Below are positions 47,601 through 55,962 of a DNA stretch of 64,000 bases, piece after piece (positions within the stretch are counted from its first letter, which is position 1; the number at the start of each line of letters is the position of its first letter). The DNA is taken from assembly GCA_030390025.1 (NCBI GenBank), contig CM059449.1:14756001-14820000 (forward strand), read 5' to 3'. The notes under the pieces are model-generated. The model saw nothing but the letters and a program-made list of their open reading frames with translations, was not told the DNA's origin and did no database searches. Made by a program: the position numbers and the translations under genes. This DNA is from Squalus acanthias. Its lineage: Eukaryota.

Positions 47601-50600
47601 ATAACCACTATGCTACAGTGTCCTTTTACACCTTTTCAGTTTGACACCTGCTGCAGTATAACTAGTTTCAATGCAAATGAAAGTCTAAAGAAATGACTAC
47701 TTGTGAACTTTTTGAAAACCATTAAAAATATTTTTATATTATCAGGCAAAGGGACAAGTGTATCCTGCATTGGGATGCCGATAGACTGAGCACTGCTGAT
47801 GAATGTAGGGAAGCACAAAAGCGAATATTTTCCCCTGGGCAATGTAACTGGGGTCTGGCCTCGTAATGGTACCAGTCTTAAACCAGCATCTAGAATGCAC
47901 GTTTTGGTGAAATAAAGCAGTGGCCTGGGGAAGGGGGGTTGTATAAAATGTGTTTTTAGAGCACATTTGAGTTTTTAAAGGTTTATTTGTTCATATCCAA
48001 CTTGTTGGAAGTTAAGAAGCTTTCAAATTAGAACTGTTTTCTTGATGCTCGTTTTATTCCCATGCCATATAAAATTTCCTCTTTCTTTTTGCAGGCATGA
48101 TTATGGATATGACGAGCTTAATGTAACAGGTGAATAATGCAAAAAAAAAATCAACATCCTCCGGGGGAACTGGGTAGTTTCTTGTGTTTGAGCTTTGTCG
48201 TGTAACCTTCTGAGTCAAGAGGTTCCGAATTGAAATAACCACAGAAAATGCTGGGAACACTCAGCAGGTCACGCAGCATCTGTGGAGAGAGAAACAGAGT
48301 TAATATTTCAGGTCCGGGACCCTTCGTCAGAACTGGAAAAAGTTAGAGATGTAACAGGTTTTAAGCAGGTGCAGAGGCAGGGAAAGGGGGAGGGGAAGAA
48401 AGAACAAAAGGAGCGGTCTGTGATAGGATGGAAGGCAGGAGTGGTTAAATGTTGCAAATGGGGATGGCAGAATCATCAACAGCTGTCGCCTGAAAAAATA
48501 GGGGCAGAGGTTATAGTCTGAAATTGTTGAACTCAATGTTGAGTCCAGAAGGCTGTAAAGTGCTTAATCGAAAGATGAGGTGCTGTTCCTCGAGCTTACG
48601 TTGAGCTTCATTGGAACAGTGTAAGAGCTGAGGACAGAGAGGTCAGAGTCGGAGTGGAGCGGAGAATTAAAGTGACAAGCGATCAAAGCCCGGGGTCACC
48701 CGTATGGACTGAGCGGAGGCGTTACGCAAAGCGGTCACCCAATCTGCGTTTGGTCTCCCCAATGTAGAGGAGTCCGCATCATCGGCAATGTCTCTGTGTG
48801 ATTTTCAAATTTGTTTTCGGGGTGCCGATGACCTTAACAAGGCCGCATTTATTATCCATCCCTGGTTGCTCTGAGAAGGTAATGGTGGACCTTCTAGACA
48901 CAAAAGGCATCAAGGGGTATGGGGAGAGAGCGGGAATATGGTATTGAGATAGAGGATCAGACATGATCATATTGAATGGCGGAGCAGGCTCGAATGGCCT
49001 ACTCCTGCTCCTATTTTTCTATGTTTTCTATGTTTCTATGTTTTTCTTGTGCAACTGCAGTCGTTGTGGTGATGATGCTCCCACAATGGTGCGAGATAGG
49101 TCATTTCAGGATTTTGACAGAGCGCATATGAAAGAAACAGAGTATATGCCCAAGTGAGGATAACCTTGGAGGGGAGCGGAGGCAGTTCTGTTCTCATGAT
49201 CTTGCTACTATCATACAATGATAAAGCACAAAAGGAGGCCATTCAGCCCATTGTGCTCTTTGAAGGAGCTCTCCAATTAGTCCCACTCACCCTCTCTTTC
49301 CCTAAGGTCCCGCAGACAGACTTTCACGAATACTTTTACTGCGAATGGCCGGAGCCAAACTTTTGGCACATTCTTTAAAATGACAAATTTATTTTCATAT
49401 ATTAATGCAAGGTTAAAGAAATCAGGATTTGAAACGGATATTCTCAGATTGTTTTCTGTGGGGTTGTAATGTTATACTATTTACAAAAGAAAACACTGCG
49501 GATGCTGGAAATCTGAAATAAAAGCAGAAAATGTTGGAAACACTCAGCAGGTCAGGCAGCGTCTGTGGAGAGAGAAACAGAGTCAATGTTTCAGGTCGTG
49601 ACCTTCATCAGAACTGGAAAAAGTTAGGGATGTAACAGGTTTTAAGCAAGTGTAGGGGCAGGGAAAAGGGGGGAGGGGAGGAAAGAACAAAAGAGAAGGT
49701 CTGTGATAGGATGGAAGGCAGGAGAGATTAAATGACAAAAGGGAAAGGTAATGGGGCAAGTAAAGAAACGAAAGATGGGTCTAGAGGAGGTGTAAATGGG
49801 AATATCAGAGTCATCAACAGCTGCCGTCTGGAAAACGTGGGGGCAGAGGCTATGATCTGAAATTGTTGAACTCAGTGTTGAGTCCAGAAGGCTGTAAAGT
49901 GGCTAATCGAAAGATGAGGTGCTGTTCCTCGAGCTTACGGTGAGCTTCATTGCAACATTGTAGGAGGCCGAGGACCGAAAGGTCAGAGTGGGAGTGGGGG
50001 CAGAGCATTTTACTATTTACATGCACTTTTCTCATTTAATTCACAGCAAGACGTGACCCTCTGCCTCAAGCCATGTTAGCGAATCAGGTAAGAAAGCAAT
50101 GTTTGCACCCTGCATTTATGTCACTCTAAGTCGACATTTAACGTTAAGAAAATCAAACCAATTCAAGTTAAAGGTTACTGTCTGATTGACAGTAAGTATT
50201 TCTGCACAAGGAAGTAATCAGCAACTGGAACATGTGACCAGGGAGGGTTCCCCTGGATTCATTTAGGAAACAGCTAGATGCTGTTATGGGAAAGGCTGCA
50301 GAGTTGATATTAAGGATGGATGAGAACAAATGGACTGAAGAGACTTTTCATCCAAAGCTATCTGGTGACCATGTGGCTTTTATACGGTCTCCTTAAAATG
50401 AAATTGTATTTTTATAAATATGCATGACAGCAACTGTCCATAATTCTTTGCCGGGAGCTCGGAGCTCCGGCACGGCAAGAGAGCCCCAGGTGGGCAGAGG
50501 AAACGCTTCAAGGACACCCTCAAAGCCTCCTTGGAAAAAGTGCAACATCCCCACCGACACCTGGGAATCCCTGGCCCAAGACCGCACAAAGTGGAGGAGA

Positions 50601-52299
50601 AGCATCCGGGAAGGCGGCGAACACCTCGAGTCTCTTCGCCGGGAGCAAGCGGAAGCCAAGCGCAAGGAGCGCACGTCAACCCAAGCACCCCACCCACCCG
50701 CCCCTTCAACCACCGTCTGCCCCACCTGTGACAGACTGTAGGTCCCGCATTGGACTCATCAGTCACCTGAGAACTCATTTTTAATGTGGAAGCAAGTCAT
50801 CCTCGGTTCCGAGGGACTGCCTAAGAGTAAGATAATTAACACCACCACATCCTCCAAATTGGACATGGGCCAAAATAGCAAACAATATAGCAATGTACAT
50901 TCTGTGGCCGCCCAGATATCTGATACAGAGTAACTGTGGTACTGGGAAATCCAAATTCCTAAAGAAATACACACAAATAGAGTCATATGGAGCATGGCTC
51001 TCTCCTCGTAAGTACATTCCACTTACCTATGCGGAGAGAGCTTAGGTGCAGTTTGGCAGAGCTAAGGCTTAGGGATCGCCACAGGAATACTGCTGCAATT
51101 TTAGCCAGCTCCAAACATTGATAAAGCAATTTCCATCACTTGTTTAGCCAGGATCACCTCACCAATTAGGATATTGACTTAGAGGGCAGTAATTGTAACC
51201 TAGCCCACTGGGCAGCAAACCTACAGTTTCGGGTGGAATGCTGGAATACACATTACCCAATATTCCTCTCCATTGACTTCAAACCAGCGTTGCACCCAAT
51301 CCCACCAGTTTACTGACCAATGGTTAAAATTAGGTTAAAATTGTACCCATGGGGTTATCTGGTATAGAACGGGGAGAATCTTATCTTCCATGTGACTGGT
51401 CTACCCCTACAGATCCCAGTGATGAGCCAGATCGGTTGATGAATCATCAACAGTCCCCTGGAGAGTGAAGGCCAGCCTGCGCCACCGTATTTAACATGTA
51501 GAAACAATTAACAATTTGTTGTTGAAGTTTGTCATTAAAATAAGCTACTTGAGCCACTGTGTTAACCTTGATAGTCATAGGCACAAGTCAGGAGTGTGAT
51601 GGAATGCTCTCCACTTGCCTGGATGAGTGCAGCTCCAACAACACTCAAGAAGCTCGACACCATCCAGGACAAAGCAGCCCGCTTGATTGGCACCCCATCC
51701 ACCACCTTAAACATTCACTCCCTCCACCACCGGCGTACCGTGGCTGCAGTGTGTACCATCTACAAGATGCACCGCAGCAACTCGCCAAGGCTTATTCGGC
51801 AGCACCTCCCAAACCCGCGACCTCTACCACCTAGAAGGACAAGGGCAGCAGGCGCATGGGAACACCACCACCTCCAAGTTCCCCTCCAAGTCACACACCA
51901 TCCTGACTTGGAAGTATATCGCCGATCCTTCATCGTCGCTGGGTCAAAATCCTGGAACTCCCTCCCTAACAGCACTGTGGGAGTACCTTCACCACACGGA
52001 CTGCAGCGGTTCAAGAAGGCGGCTCACCACCACCTTCTCAAGGGCAATTAGGGATGGGCAATAAATGCTGGCCTGTGAACAAATAAAAAAATAAACACAA
52101 TGACATTTAGGTGGAACACTTTAACCAGTGTTGAGGCTGTACTGTTTAAGTAAGTTGAGTGTAATATACTTTTGTACCTTTGTAATTTAAGCAGGGAGAC
52201 GGAGCAGATTTCGGCCAGTGCCCTTGGGTGGTGGATGGATGCAAAGAAGAAAATCTGTCTGGAAGCCAACCTGCTATTGTATACGCAGCACTACATTAG
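11615..52299 (+). CDS. NCR3: NKp30/NCR3-family type I Ig-superfamily receptor, whole spliced CDS model: leader, 4 V exons, TM, 11 cytoplasmic exons
   Basis: 17 exons with pyrimidine-tract/AG acceptors and GT donors (one GC) chain with compatible phases from ATG 11615 to TAG 52297-52299 with no internal stop. The V domains resemble human NKp30 as recalled (IGSxTW, GKxVxNGTxExRGR, GLGxxxGxGTxLxV). Family assignment only; orthology not established. Confidence 0.8.
11870..12452 (-). mobile_element. CR1 3' fragment
   Basis: ORFs 11849-12184 and 12251-12451: RPHLKYC, TRGH, FFNQRVVRMWNSLP. Confidence 0.88.
12620..12928 (-). mobile_element. Deu-domain tRNA-derived SINE (internally deleted)
   Basis: Reverse complement of the 55963-56430 element, including A/B boxes. 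Confidence 0.82.
12976..13620 (+). mobile_element. CR1 3' fragment
   Basis: ORF 12957-13547 (LVRPHLEHC..RGD..TRGH..WNSLP) plus 3' UTR. Confidence 0.92.
14029..14313 (-). mobile_element. CR1 3' end upstream of V1 (copies 16237-16521, 18447-18731)
   Basis: catagaatgatgcagcacagaaggaggccatt...; reverse complement of a CR1 3' end. Confidence 0.8.
14388..14732 (+). CDS. NCR3: Ig V-set (VJ-type) exon V1, 345 bp, phase 1-1
   Basis: tttccag|GGATTAAC...AGAG|GTGAGT; GINAERFTVTQK..IPC..YTW..DSGVYYC..FGAGTRLTVR: B-strand Cys, C-strand Trp, DxGxYxC and J-like GxGTxLTV. Confidence 0.95.
15218..16184. mobile_element. ~967-bp insert at the duplication junction, possibly a solo LTR (second copy 17425-18394)
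   Basis: Interrupts the CR1 at ttctcctt|; starts TGTAAG and ends ACACA; minus-strand AATAAA motifs near its left end; no TSD; absent after V3, where the CR1 continues. Confidence 0.4.
16595..16939 (+). CDS. NCR3: Ig V-set exon V2, 345 bp, phase 1-1
   Basis: Same splice sites as V1; 2 nt differences from V1 by eye, both non-synonymous. Confidence 0.93.
18805..19149 (+). CDS. NCR3: Ig V-set exon V3, 345 bp, phase 1-1
   Basis: tttccag|GG...GGAG|GTGAGT; open frame; 11 aa differences from V1. Confidence 0.94.
19243..20032 (+). mobile_element. CR1 3' fragment downstream of V3 (truncated copies 14826-15217, 17033-17424)
   Basis: ORF 19234-19956 is an RT C-terminus; 3' UTR with attctatg tail. Confidence 0.92.
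20230..21176 (+). mobile_element. CR1 3' fragment interrupted by a minus-strand L2 3' end (~20493-20921)
   Basis: CR1 sequence breaks after ggccat and resumes at gagatgggg/aggaatttc; the insert is the reverse complement of the 46030-46565 family. Confidence 0.85.
21408..21743 (+). CDS. NCR3: Ig V-set exon V4, 336 bp, phase 1-1 (most divergent, most NKp30-like)
   Basis: tttccag|GGATTGAC...AGCG|GTGAGT; VIGSYTWHKDTRNGKVVSNGTTEYRGRI...DSGMYYCKVWKNGLGEEYGAGTHLTVS; 3 codons shorter than V1-V3. Confidence 0.95.
22036..30513. repeat. 45-bp satellite CTGGGACTGGGTGGTGCAGTGGGTCAGACACTGTCCTTTC(C/A/T)CCCT, ~188 units, in the V4-TM intron
   Basis: Directly visible; explains all long low-complexity ORFs between 21966 and 30603. 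Confidence 0.98.
30514..30740 (+). mobile_element. Degenerate CR1 3' end abutting the TM-exon acceptor
   Basis: gagatcgatagattt...gaatggcctcctcttgttcc. Confidence 0.75.
30764..30877 (+). CDS. NCR3: Transmembrane exon AKTKSIMLLLSIVSISTVVEVSILLIIALLCVYLRRMK, phase 1-1
   Basis: Acceptor ttgctttcttctccacag, donor AAAG|GTAATG; long hydrophobic stretch followed by basic stop-transfer RRMK. This frame is not in the ORF track. Confidence 0.9.
31012..31620 (-). mobile_element. RTE-clade LINE 3' fragment
   Basis: HQRCLRKILQIHWQDRRTN..LRWTGHIVRM..WESLAQDRTKWR..CPTC..SHLRTH. Confidence 0.88.
31895..32356 (-). mobile_element. Deu-domain tRNA-derived SINE
   Basis: Full-length reverse complement of the 55963-56430 family. 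Confidence 0.85.
32439..32615. mobile_element. Short palindromic MITE (related copies ~34725-34885, 38860-38997, 51184-51348, 52825-53712)
   Basis: GGGGTAATTTTAAGCTAAC...GTTAGGTTAAAATTGCCCC inverted ends and internal dyad symmetry. Confidence 0.7.
33290..33690 (-). mobile_element. Penelope-like element terminal fragment
   Basis: Same family as 48230-48780 and 49485-50000. Confidence 0.75.
33388..33426 (-). ncRNA. Minimal type I hammerhead ribozyme motif
   Basis: Minus strand: CAGUU CUGACGA AGGGUC AGC GACCU GAAA CG UU AACU; intact catalytic core, stem II and 4-bp stem I. Confidence 0.6.
33725..34120 (-). mobile_element. CR1 3' end
   Basis: ORF 33817-34071 (TRGH..FFTQRVLRMWNSLP). Confidence 0.85.
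34341..34359 (+). CDS. Cytoplasmic micro-exon C1 (G-RERAE-R), 19 bp, phase 1-2
   Basis: Long pyrimidine tract + ttag acceptor; donor AAG|GTGGGT; needed to bridge phase 1 to phase 2. Confidence 0.7.
34463..34500 (+). CDS. Cytoplasmic exon C2 (QETVVPDVALLD), 38 bp, phase 2-1
   Basis: tcttcttgctctgcag acceptor; ACG|GTAAGT donor. Confidence 0.8.
35039..35618 (+). mobile_element. Tx1/L1-group LINE 3' end with 14-bp target-site duplication
   Basis: DLAWRVLHRAVP..CLFCGLEESVFHVYTEC zinc knuckle; TACACCCATAAAGG at 35025-35038 and 35619-35632. Confidence 0.85.
35941..36255 (+). mobile_element. CR1 3' end
   Basis: LFPLAEGSRTRGHRFK..FFTQRVVRIW; gattctatgactctatgatt tail. Confidence 0.88.
36390..36430 (+). 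CDS. Cytoplasmic exon C3 (ASLTLSLLEGEEDP), 41 bp, phase 1-0
   Basis: tttgttttgcag acceptor; CCG|GTAAGT donor. Confidence 0.8.
37240..38020 (+). mobile_element. L2 LINE 3' end with a nested Penelope-like fragment (~37745-37900)
   Basis: Homologous to 46030-46565; the nested piece carries the CTGACGA..GAAACGTT motif. Confidence 0.8.
38235..38276 (+). CDS. Cytoplasmic exon C4 (NQDGNLPKPDSLCT), 42 bp, phase 0-0
   Basis: ttttatttatatggcag acceptor; ACG|GTAACG donor; symmetric, so not required for frame. Confidence 0.6.
38366..38409 (+). CDS. Cytoplasmic exon C5 (DLKQENQSLYTPMA-S), 44 bp, phase 0-2, YxxM motif
   Basis: tttatttttattctaaag acceptor; CAAG|GTACGT donor; supplies the required 0-to-2 phase change. 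Confidence 0.75.
39146..39652 (-). mobile_element. CR1 3' fragment
   Basis: ORF 39239-39643. Confidence 0.9.
39653..40333. mobile_element. PIF/Harbinger-like MITE
   Basis: TAA|GGGCTGGATTTTG...CAATATCCAGCCC|TAA: terminal inverted repeats and a TAA target duplication; internal (GA)n(CTA)n tract. Confidence 0.75.
40624..40661 (+). CDS. Cytoplasmic exon C6 (LKTFGHSSDNVM-D), 38 bp, phase 2-1, GC donor
   Basis: Very strong acceptor ttctttcccattttttccctacag; frame is kept only with TGG|GCAAGT. Confidence 0.65.
40855..41200 (-). mobile_element. Deu-domain tRNA-derived SINE (partial)
   Basis: Family match to 55963-56430. Confidence 0.8.
42434..42696. other. Assembly gap (N run) in the C6-C7 intron
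   Basis: N bases flanked by microsatellites. Confidence 1.
42843..42877 (+). CDS. Cytoplasmic exon C7 (AQSSPINLQNE), 35 bp, phase 1-0
   Basis: tgtgttttgtattgtag acceptor; GAG|GTAAGC donor. Confidence 0.78.
43168..44160 (-). mobile_element. CR1/L2-group LINE RT 3' fragment
   Basis: GVPQSSVLGP..FINDLP..MFADD and GVTIDQKLNW in ORFs 43808-44260 and 43222-43893. Confidence 0.9.
44296..44334 (-). ncRNA. Minimal hammerhead ribozyme motif in a second Penelope-like family (element ~44205-44335)
   Basis: Minus strand: UUCAC CUGACGA A GGAGC AGCA GCUCC GAAA GC UC GUAA; 5-bp stem II and palindromic AGCU stem III. Confidence 0.6.
44688..44785 (+). CDS. Cytoplasmic exon C8 (TTATDCIQYAMIQKGNLKQGSSVNVIAEYRDL-E), 98 bp, phase 0-2, ITIM IQYAMI
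   Basis: tctaatctttctatttaaacag acceptor with branch-like ctaat; AGA|GTGAGT donor; IxYxxI and YxxL motifs. Confidence 0.82.
45072..45533 (-). mobile_element. Deu-domain tRNA-derived SINE
   Basis: Family match including tRNA-like head. Confidence 0.85.
46030..46565 (+). mobile_element. L2 LINE 3' end
   Basis: KLEVIQNSAAR..PITPVLADLHWIPV..FKILILVFKSLHGLAPPYL. Confidence 0.88.
47255..47620 (-). mobile_element. SINE-like element sharing its tail with the 43168-44160 LINE family
   Basis: gctggcaaggccagcatttattgcc tail; degenerate tRNA-like head at the right end (minus strand gcatagtggttatg). Confidence 0.55.
48095..48129 (+). CDS. Cytoplasmic exon C9 (HDYGYDELNVT-A), 35 bp, phase 2-1
   Basis: tttcctctttctttttgcag acceptor; CAG|GTGAAT donor; YDEL motif. 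Confidence 0.78.
48230..48780 (-). mobile_element. Penelope-like retroelement 3' part
   Basis: Homologous to 49485-50000 (aagatgaggtgctgttcctcgagc = LEEQHLI on the minus strand); hammerhead-like motif at 48297-48335. Confidence 0.8.
49485..50000 (-). mobile_element. Penelope-like retroelement 3' part
   Basis: ORF 49850-50035 RKLEEQHLIFRLATLQPSGLN resembles a GIY-YIG endonuclease C-terminus. Confidence 0.8.
50047..50087 (+). CDS. Cytoplasmic exon C10 (RRDPLPQAMLANQ), 41 bp, phase 1-0
   Basis: cttttctcatttaattcacag acceptor; CAG|GTAAGA donor. Confidence 0.8.
50455..50828 (+). mobile_element. RTE-clade LINE 3' end
   Basis: Inverted homolog of 31012-31400. Confidence 0.87.
52195..52299 (+). 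CDS. Terminal coding exon C11 (GDGADFGQCPWVVDGCKEENLSGSQPAIVYAALH*), C-terminal ITIM IVYAAL
   Basis: ttttgtacctttgtaatttaagcag acceptor; phase 0; canonical IxYxxL one residue before TAG. Confidence 0.82.
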   Translation, partial: GDGADFGQCPWVVDGCKEENLSGSQPAIVYAALH

Positions 52300-52914
52300 C
52301 CAATGTGGTGGGATGTCAACCCTTGTGACGCAGGTCCAATTTTATTTTCTGCCCTTTTGTAAAACAAGGAAAGAAAAAAAAACTTGCCTTTTAAATAGCG
52401 CCTTTCACGACCTTAGATGTCCCAAAGCCCTTCACAGCCAATGAAGCGGCTGTAAAGTGGGCACTTTGGGAAGTCCCGAGGTCGTGAGAGGCACCGTATA
52501 AATGCAACTTCGTCCTTTCTGTCTGCTAACATTACAAATTTAACAGTTATTTGTGCATCCGATTAAATTGAGCTCTGTAAAGCAGTGTGTGATTTGTAAC
52601 CTAGAAATGTTTTGGTGATATTTTTTGTGGTACTTTTCCTGCTTTGCCAGACTGTGCTGAGTTTTTTTAATCCACCTCCCAAAGCAGGAAGGAGAGTGCG
52701 CTAATCTACTGCAGCATTCAGTAACGCCTAGGATTTTGTTAAAAAGCATAATGGAACGCATGTTCGCAGATATCCCAGTTTATTCTCTTGAAACTGCCGA
52801 GTGTGGTTAAGCCACTGTCCGACCGGTGATTGTAACCTAACTCGCCCGGGCGGGAAGCCCACCAGATCGGTCGTAATGCCGGTATTACGCCCCGCCCAAT
52901 ATTGCTATCCCATT

Positions 52915-53612
52915 GGCCCGTATTTTCCGATCGGAGGCTTCCTGTGTGCGGAGGCCTCCGATCTGGAAAAAATCTACGAACTTACCTGAGGGCTCCCGAG
53001 GTCCGGACACTTCCGCTCCTGGGCCTCTCCAAACTCGAAATGCGCAGGGCCCACGTATCCCAGAGGCGCAGGCGGTTCACAAGCGTCCCTGGGATCACGT
53101 GGGCCATGGGGAGCCAATAGCAGAAGGGAATCTCCCTTCATCCACTTGACAGATTGACCTGTCAAATATATGAATGGAGATCACCCCTAAAACACAATAA
53201 AACATTAAATAAATTTTAAAAAATCCATCACTTTTTAAAATGAGTTCAAATTTAATTTTTTGAAAAAATAATTGACGTTTTTTACAGGGCAAAAAATAAA
53301 CTTACCTTTTTTAAAAGTATTTTAAAATTATAAATGAGTGAAATAAAAAAAATACTTTTTGTCAACTCTTACGCTGGTAAAAGCAGGCCTTACGCCTGCT
53401 CTTACCAGGCGTAAGATTTCTAAGGGTTTTCTGCAGGCGGAGGTGCTCCAGAAAGCGGAACTATTCGCCCACAGATGCCCTTCTCTAGGGCAGGCGTTCT
53501 TGACAGATCGGAAATGCCGGTTTTCAGCGCATGCCTGAAACCGGAATTTCCGATGTCCCTACGGGTGGGTACACAGCTCGTACACACCCGTAGGCATCGG
53601 AATATACGGCCC
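52915..53612. mobile_element. Harbinger-like MITE nested in a short palindromic MITE
   Basis: GGCCCGTATTTTCCGA...TCGGAATATACGGCCC inverted ends. Confidence 0.65.
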
Positions 53613-54135
53613 AGCGACTTCCATGGACAGTAAAATCGGGCGGGGTGTGAAACCAGTGTTGAACCTGATCTCGCCAGTTGCCGACGGGTGGGTGAGGTTT
53701 AAAATTGGTGCCTAATCTACCACCTTAAATTATAGTTCAGACTTCAACCCGAAAGGGTGACGCGAAGGTGGCAATGCCACATGATTGGCATTTCATTAGA
53801 GTAAACACCAATCAGAATGCAGAAGTTGGGTGCGGTAACTTAATTGGGTCATAAGACGTCCACCCATCGCAGAGAAGTCTCACCAACTTGTCAGTTGCGC
53901 CTCCACCATTGAATTTCCAGTTTAAACACTCAAAGCCTTGCTGAACATAAGATGAGAAATAATCAGAGATCAACATGAATGGTAAAAGTAACACCGCTAA
54001 GATTCTTTTATAAATTTAAGGGCTAAGGTGATGAGTGCACGGCTGGAGCTAGATCGCTCTGCAACTACACCTCTTCAATTTAAACCAAGGGTTAAGGTGC
54101 ATATCAGGTGATCCAGACAGTAGTTTAAACAAATT

Positions 54136-55812
54136 GGGCCAGAAATTCGGTTTTCCGGCTTCCTGCGGGTGCAAGCATCGCGCGCGTACTTACCTACCAC
54201 GCCTGCCGTTGTGTTTTGGGCCCACGAGAACTTAGGGTCCTGGGCCTCCTCCAGCTGCCTGACGCGCAGTGCTTGCGTGTCCCAGGGGCGCAGTTAGTTC
54301 GAAGCGTCCCCTGGGATCACGTGGGCCATGAAGTGCCAATCCTAGCAGGGCATTTTCATTCATAGATTTGACAGGAAGACCTGTCAAATCTATGAATTGA
54401 AATCGGCCCCAAAACCACACTTAAACTTCAAAGCTGGGTGGACGTGTGTGCTGCGAGGAGGATACCGAGAAACTCCAGGATGATTTGGACAGGTTGGGTG
54501 AGTGGGCAGAAGCGTGGCAGATGCAATATAACGTGGATAAATGCAAGGTTATCCACTTTGGTGTCAAAAACAGAAAGGCAGACTATTATCTGAATGGCAA
54601 TAGATTGGGAGAAGGGGAAGTGCAACGAGACCTGGGTGTCCTTGTGCACCAGTCGCTGAAGGTAAGCATGCAGGTGCAGCAGGCGGTGAAGAAGGCAAAT
54701 GGTATGTTGGCCTTCATAGCGAAAGGGTTTGAGTATAGGAACAGGGATGTCCTGCTGCAGTTGTACAGGGCCTTGGTGAGACCACACCTTGAGTACTGTG
54801 TGCAGTTTTGGTCGCCTTATCTGAGGAAGGATGTTCTTGCCATGGAAGGAGTTCAGCGAAGATTCACAAGGCTGATACCTGGGATGGCAGGAATGACATA
54901 TGAGGAGAGATTGGGTCGATTGGGCTTATACTCGCTGGAGTATAGAAGAATGAGAGGGGATCTCATCGAAACATAAAATTCTGACAGGTCTGGACAAACT
55001 AGATGCAGGAAGAATGTTCCCGATGGTTGGAGAGTCCAGAACCAGGGGTCATAATCTAAGGATAAGGGGTAAGCCATTTAGGACAGAAATGAGGAAGAAT
55101 TTCTTCACCCAGAGAGTGGTGAACCTGTGGAATTCTCTACCACAGAAGGTAGTTGAGGCCAAGTCATTAAATATATTCAAGAATGAGTTAGATATATTTC
55201 TTAAAGCTAAAGGTATCGAGGGATATGGGGAGAAGGCAGGTACAGGGTACTGAGTTTAGATGATCAGCCATGATCTCATCGAATGGCGGAACAGGCTCAA
55301 GGGGCCGAATGGCCTACTCCTGCTCCTATCATCTATGTTTCTATGTTGAAATAAATTTAAAAAAAATCACATTTTTAAAATAACTATAAGTTAAATAAAT
55401 TAACTACTTGAAACAAAAATTTTTGAAAAAATTAATTATACTTTTTAACGGCGCTAAAAATAAACTTACCTTTCTTTAAAGTATCTAAAAAAGATAAACC
55501 TGTTGAAATTTTTTTTAAATTGTAATTAATTAACCGCTTACCTTGTTAAAAACGGGTCTTGCGCCTCCTTTTTAAAAGCGCAGCTTCTTCCATACTTACC
55601 TTCCCGGAGAAACCTGAAAAAAAAACCGAAGTTCGCTGCATGTGCGCAGCCTCTCCCGCGCACGCGGTTCACCTCTGAACCCCTCCCTTCAGGGGAACGG
55701 AAGTTCCGGTTTCCCGCGCATGCGCAGTGCATGCAGGAAACCGGCACTTCAAGTGGCCTTACGGGGGAGCACACAGCGCGTACTCACCCGACAAGCGCCG
55801 AATTTCTGGGCC
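54136..55812. mobile_element. Harbinger-like MITE containing a CR1 insertion
   Basis: GGGCCAGAAATTCGG...CCGAATTTCTGGGCC inverted ends; internal blocks shared with 52915-53612. Confidence 0.68.
54430..55347 (+). mobile_element. CR1 3' fragment
   Basis: ORFs 54446-54976 and 55014-55253; ctatgtttctatgtt tail. Confidence 0.93.
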
Positions 55813-55962
55813 AATGAATCCGAGGAGTGATTCAAGGAATCCGCCCTATCAGTTAATTCTAAAGTTTGCAAAGCTGTGACCTCAAACATCTCTGGAAGGA
55901 TGAGCAACAGATAGAGGAACAGATAAAAAAAAAATATGAATTCTTAAATAATTAGTTCCTGT

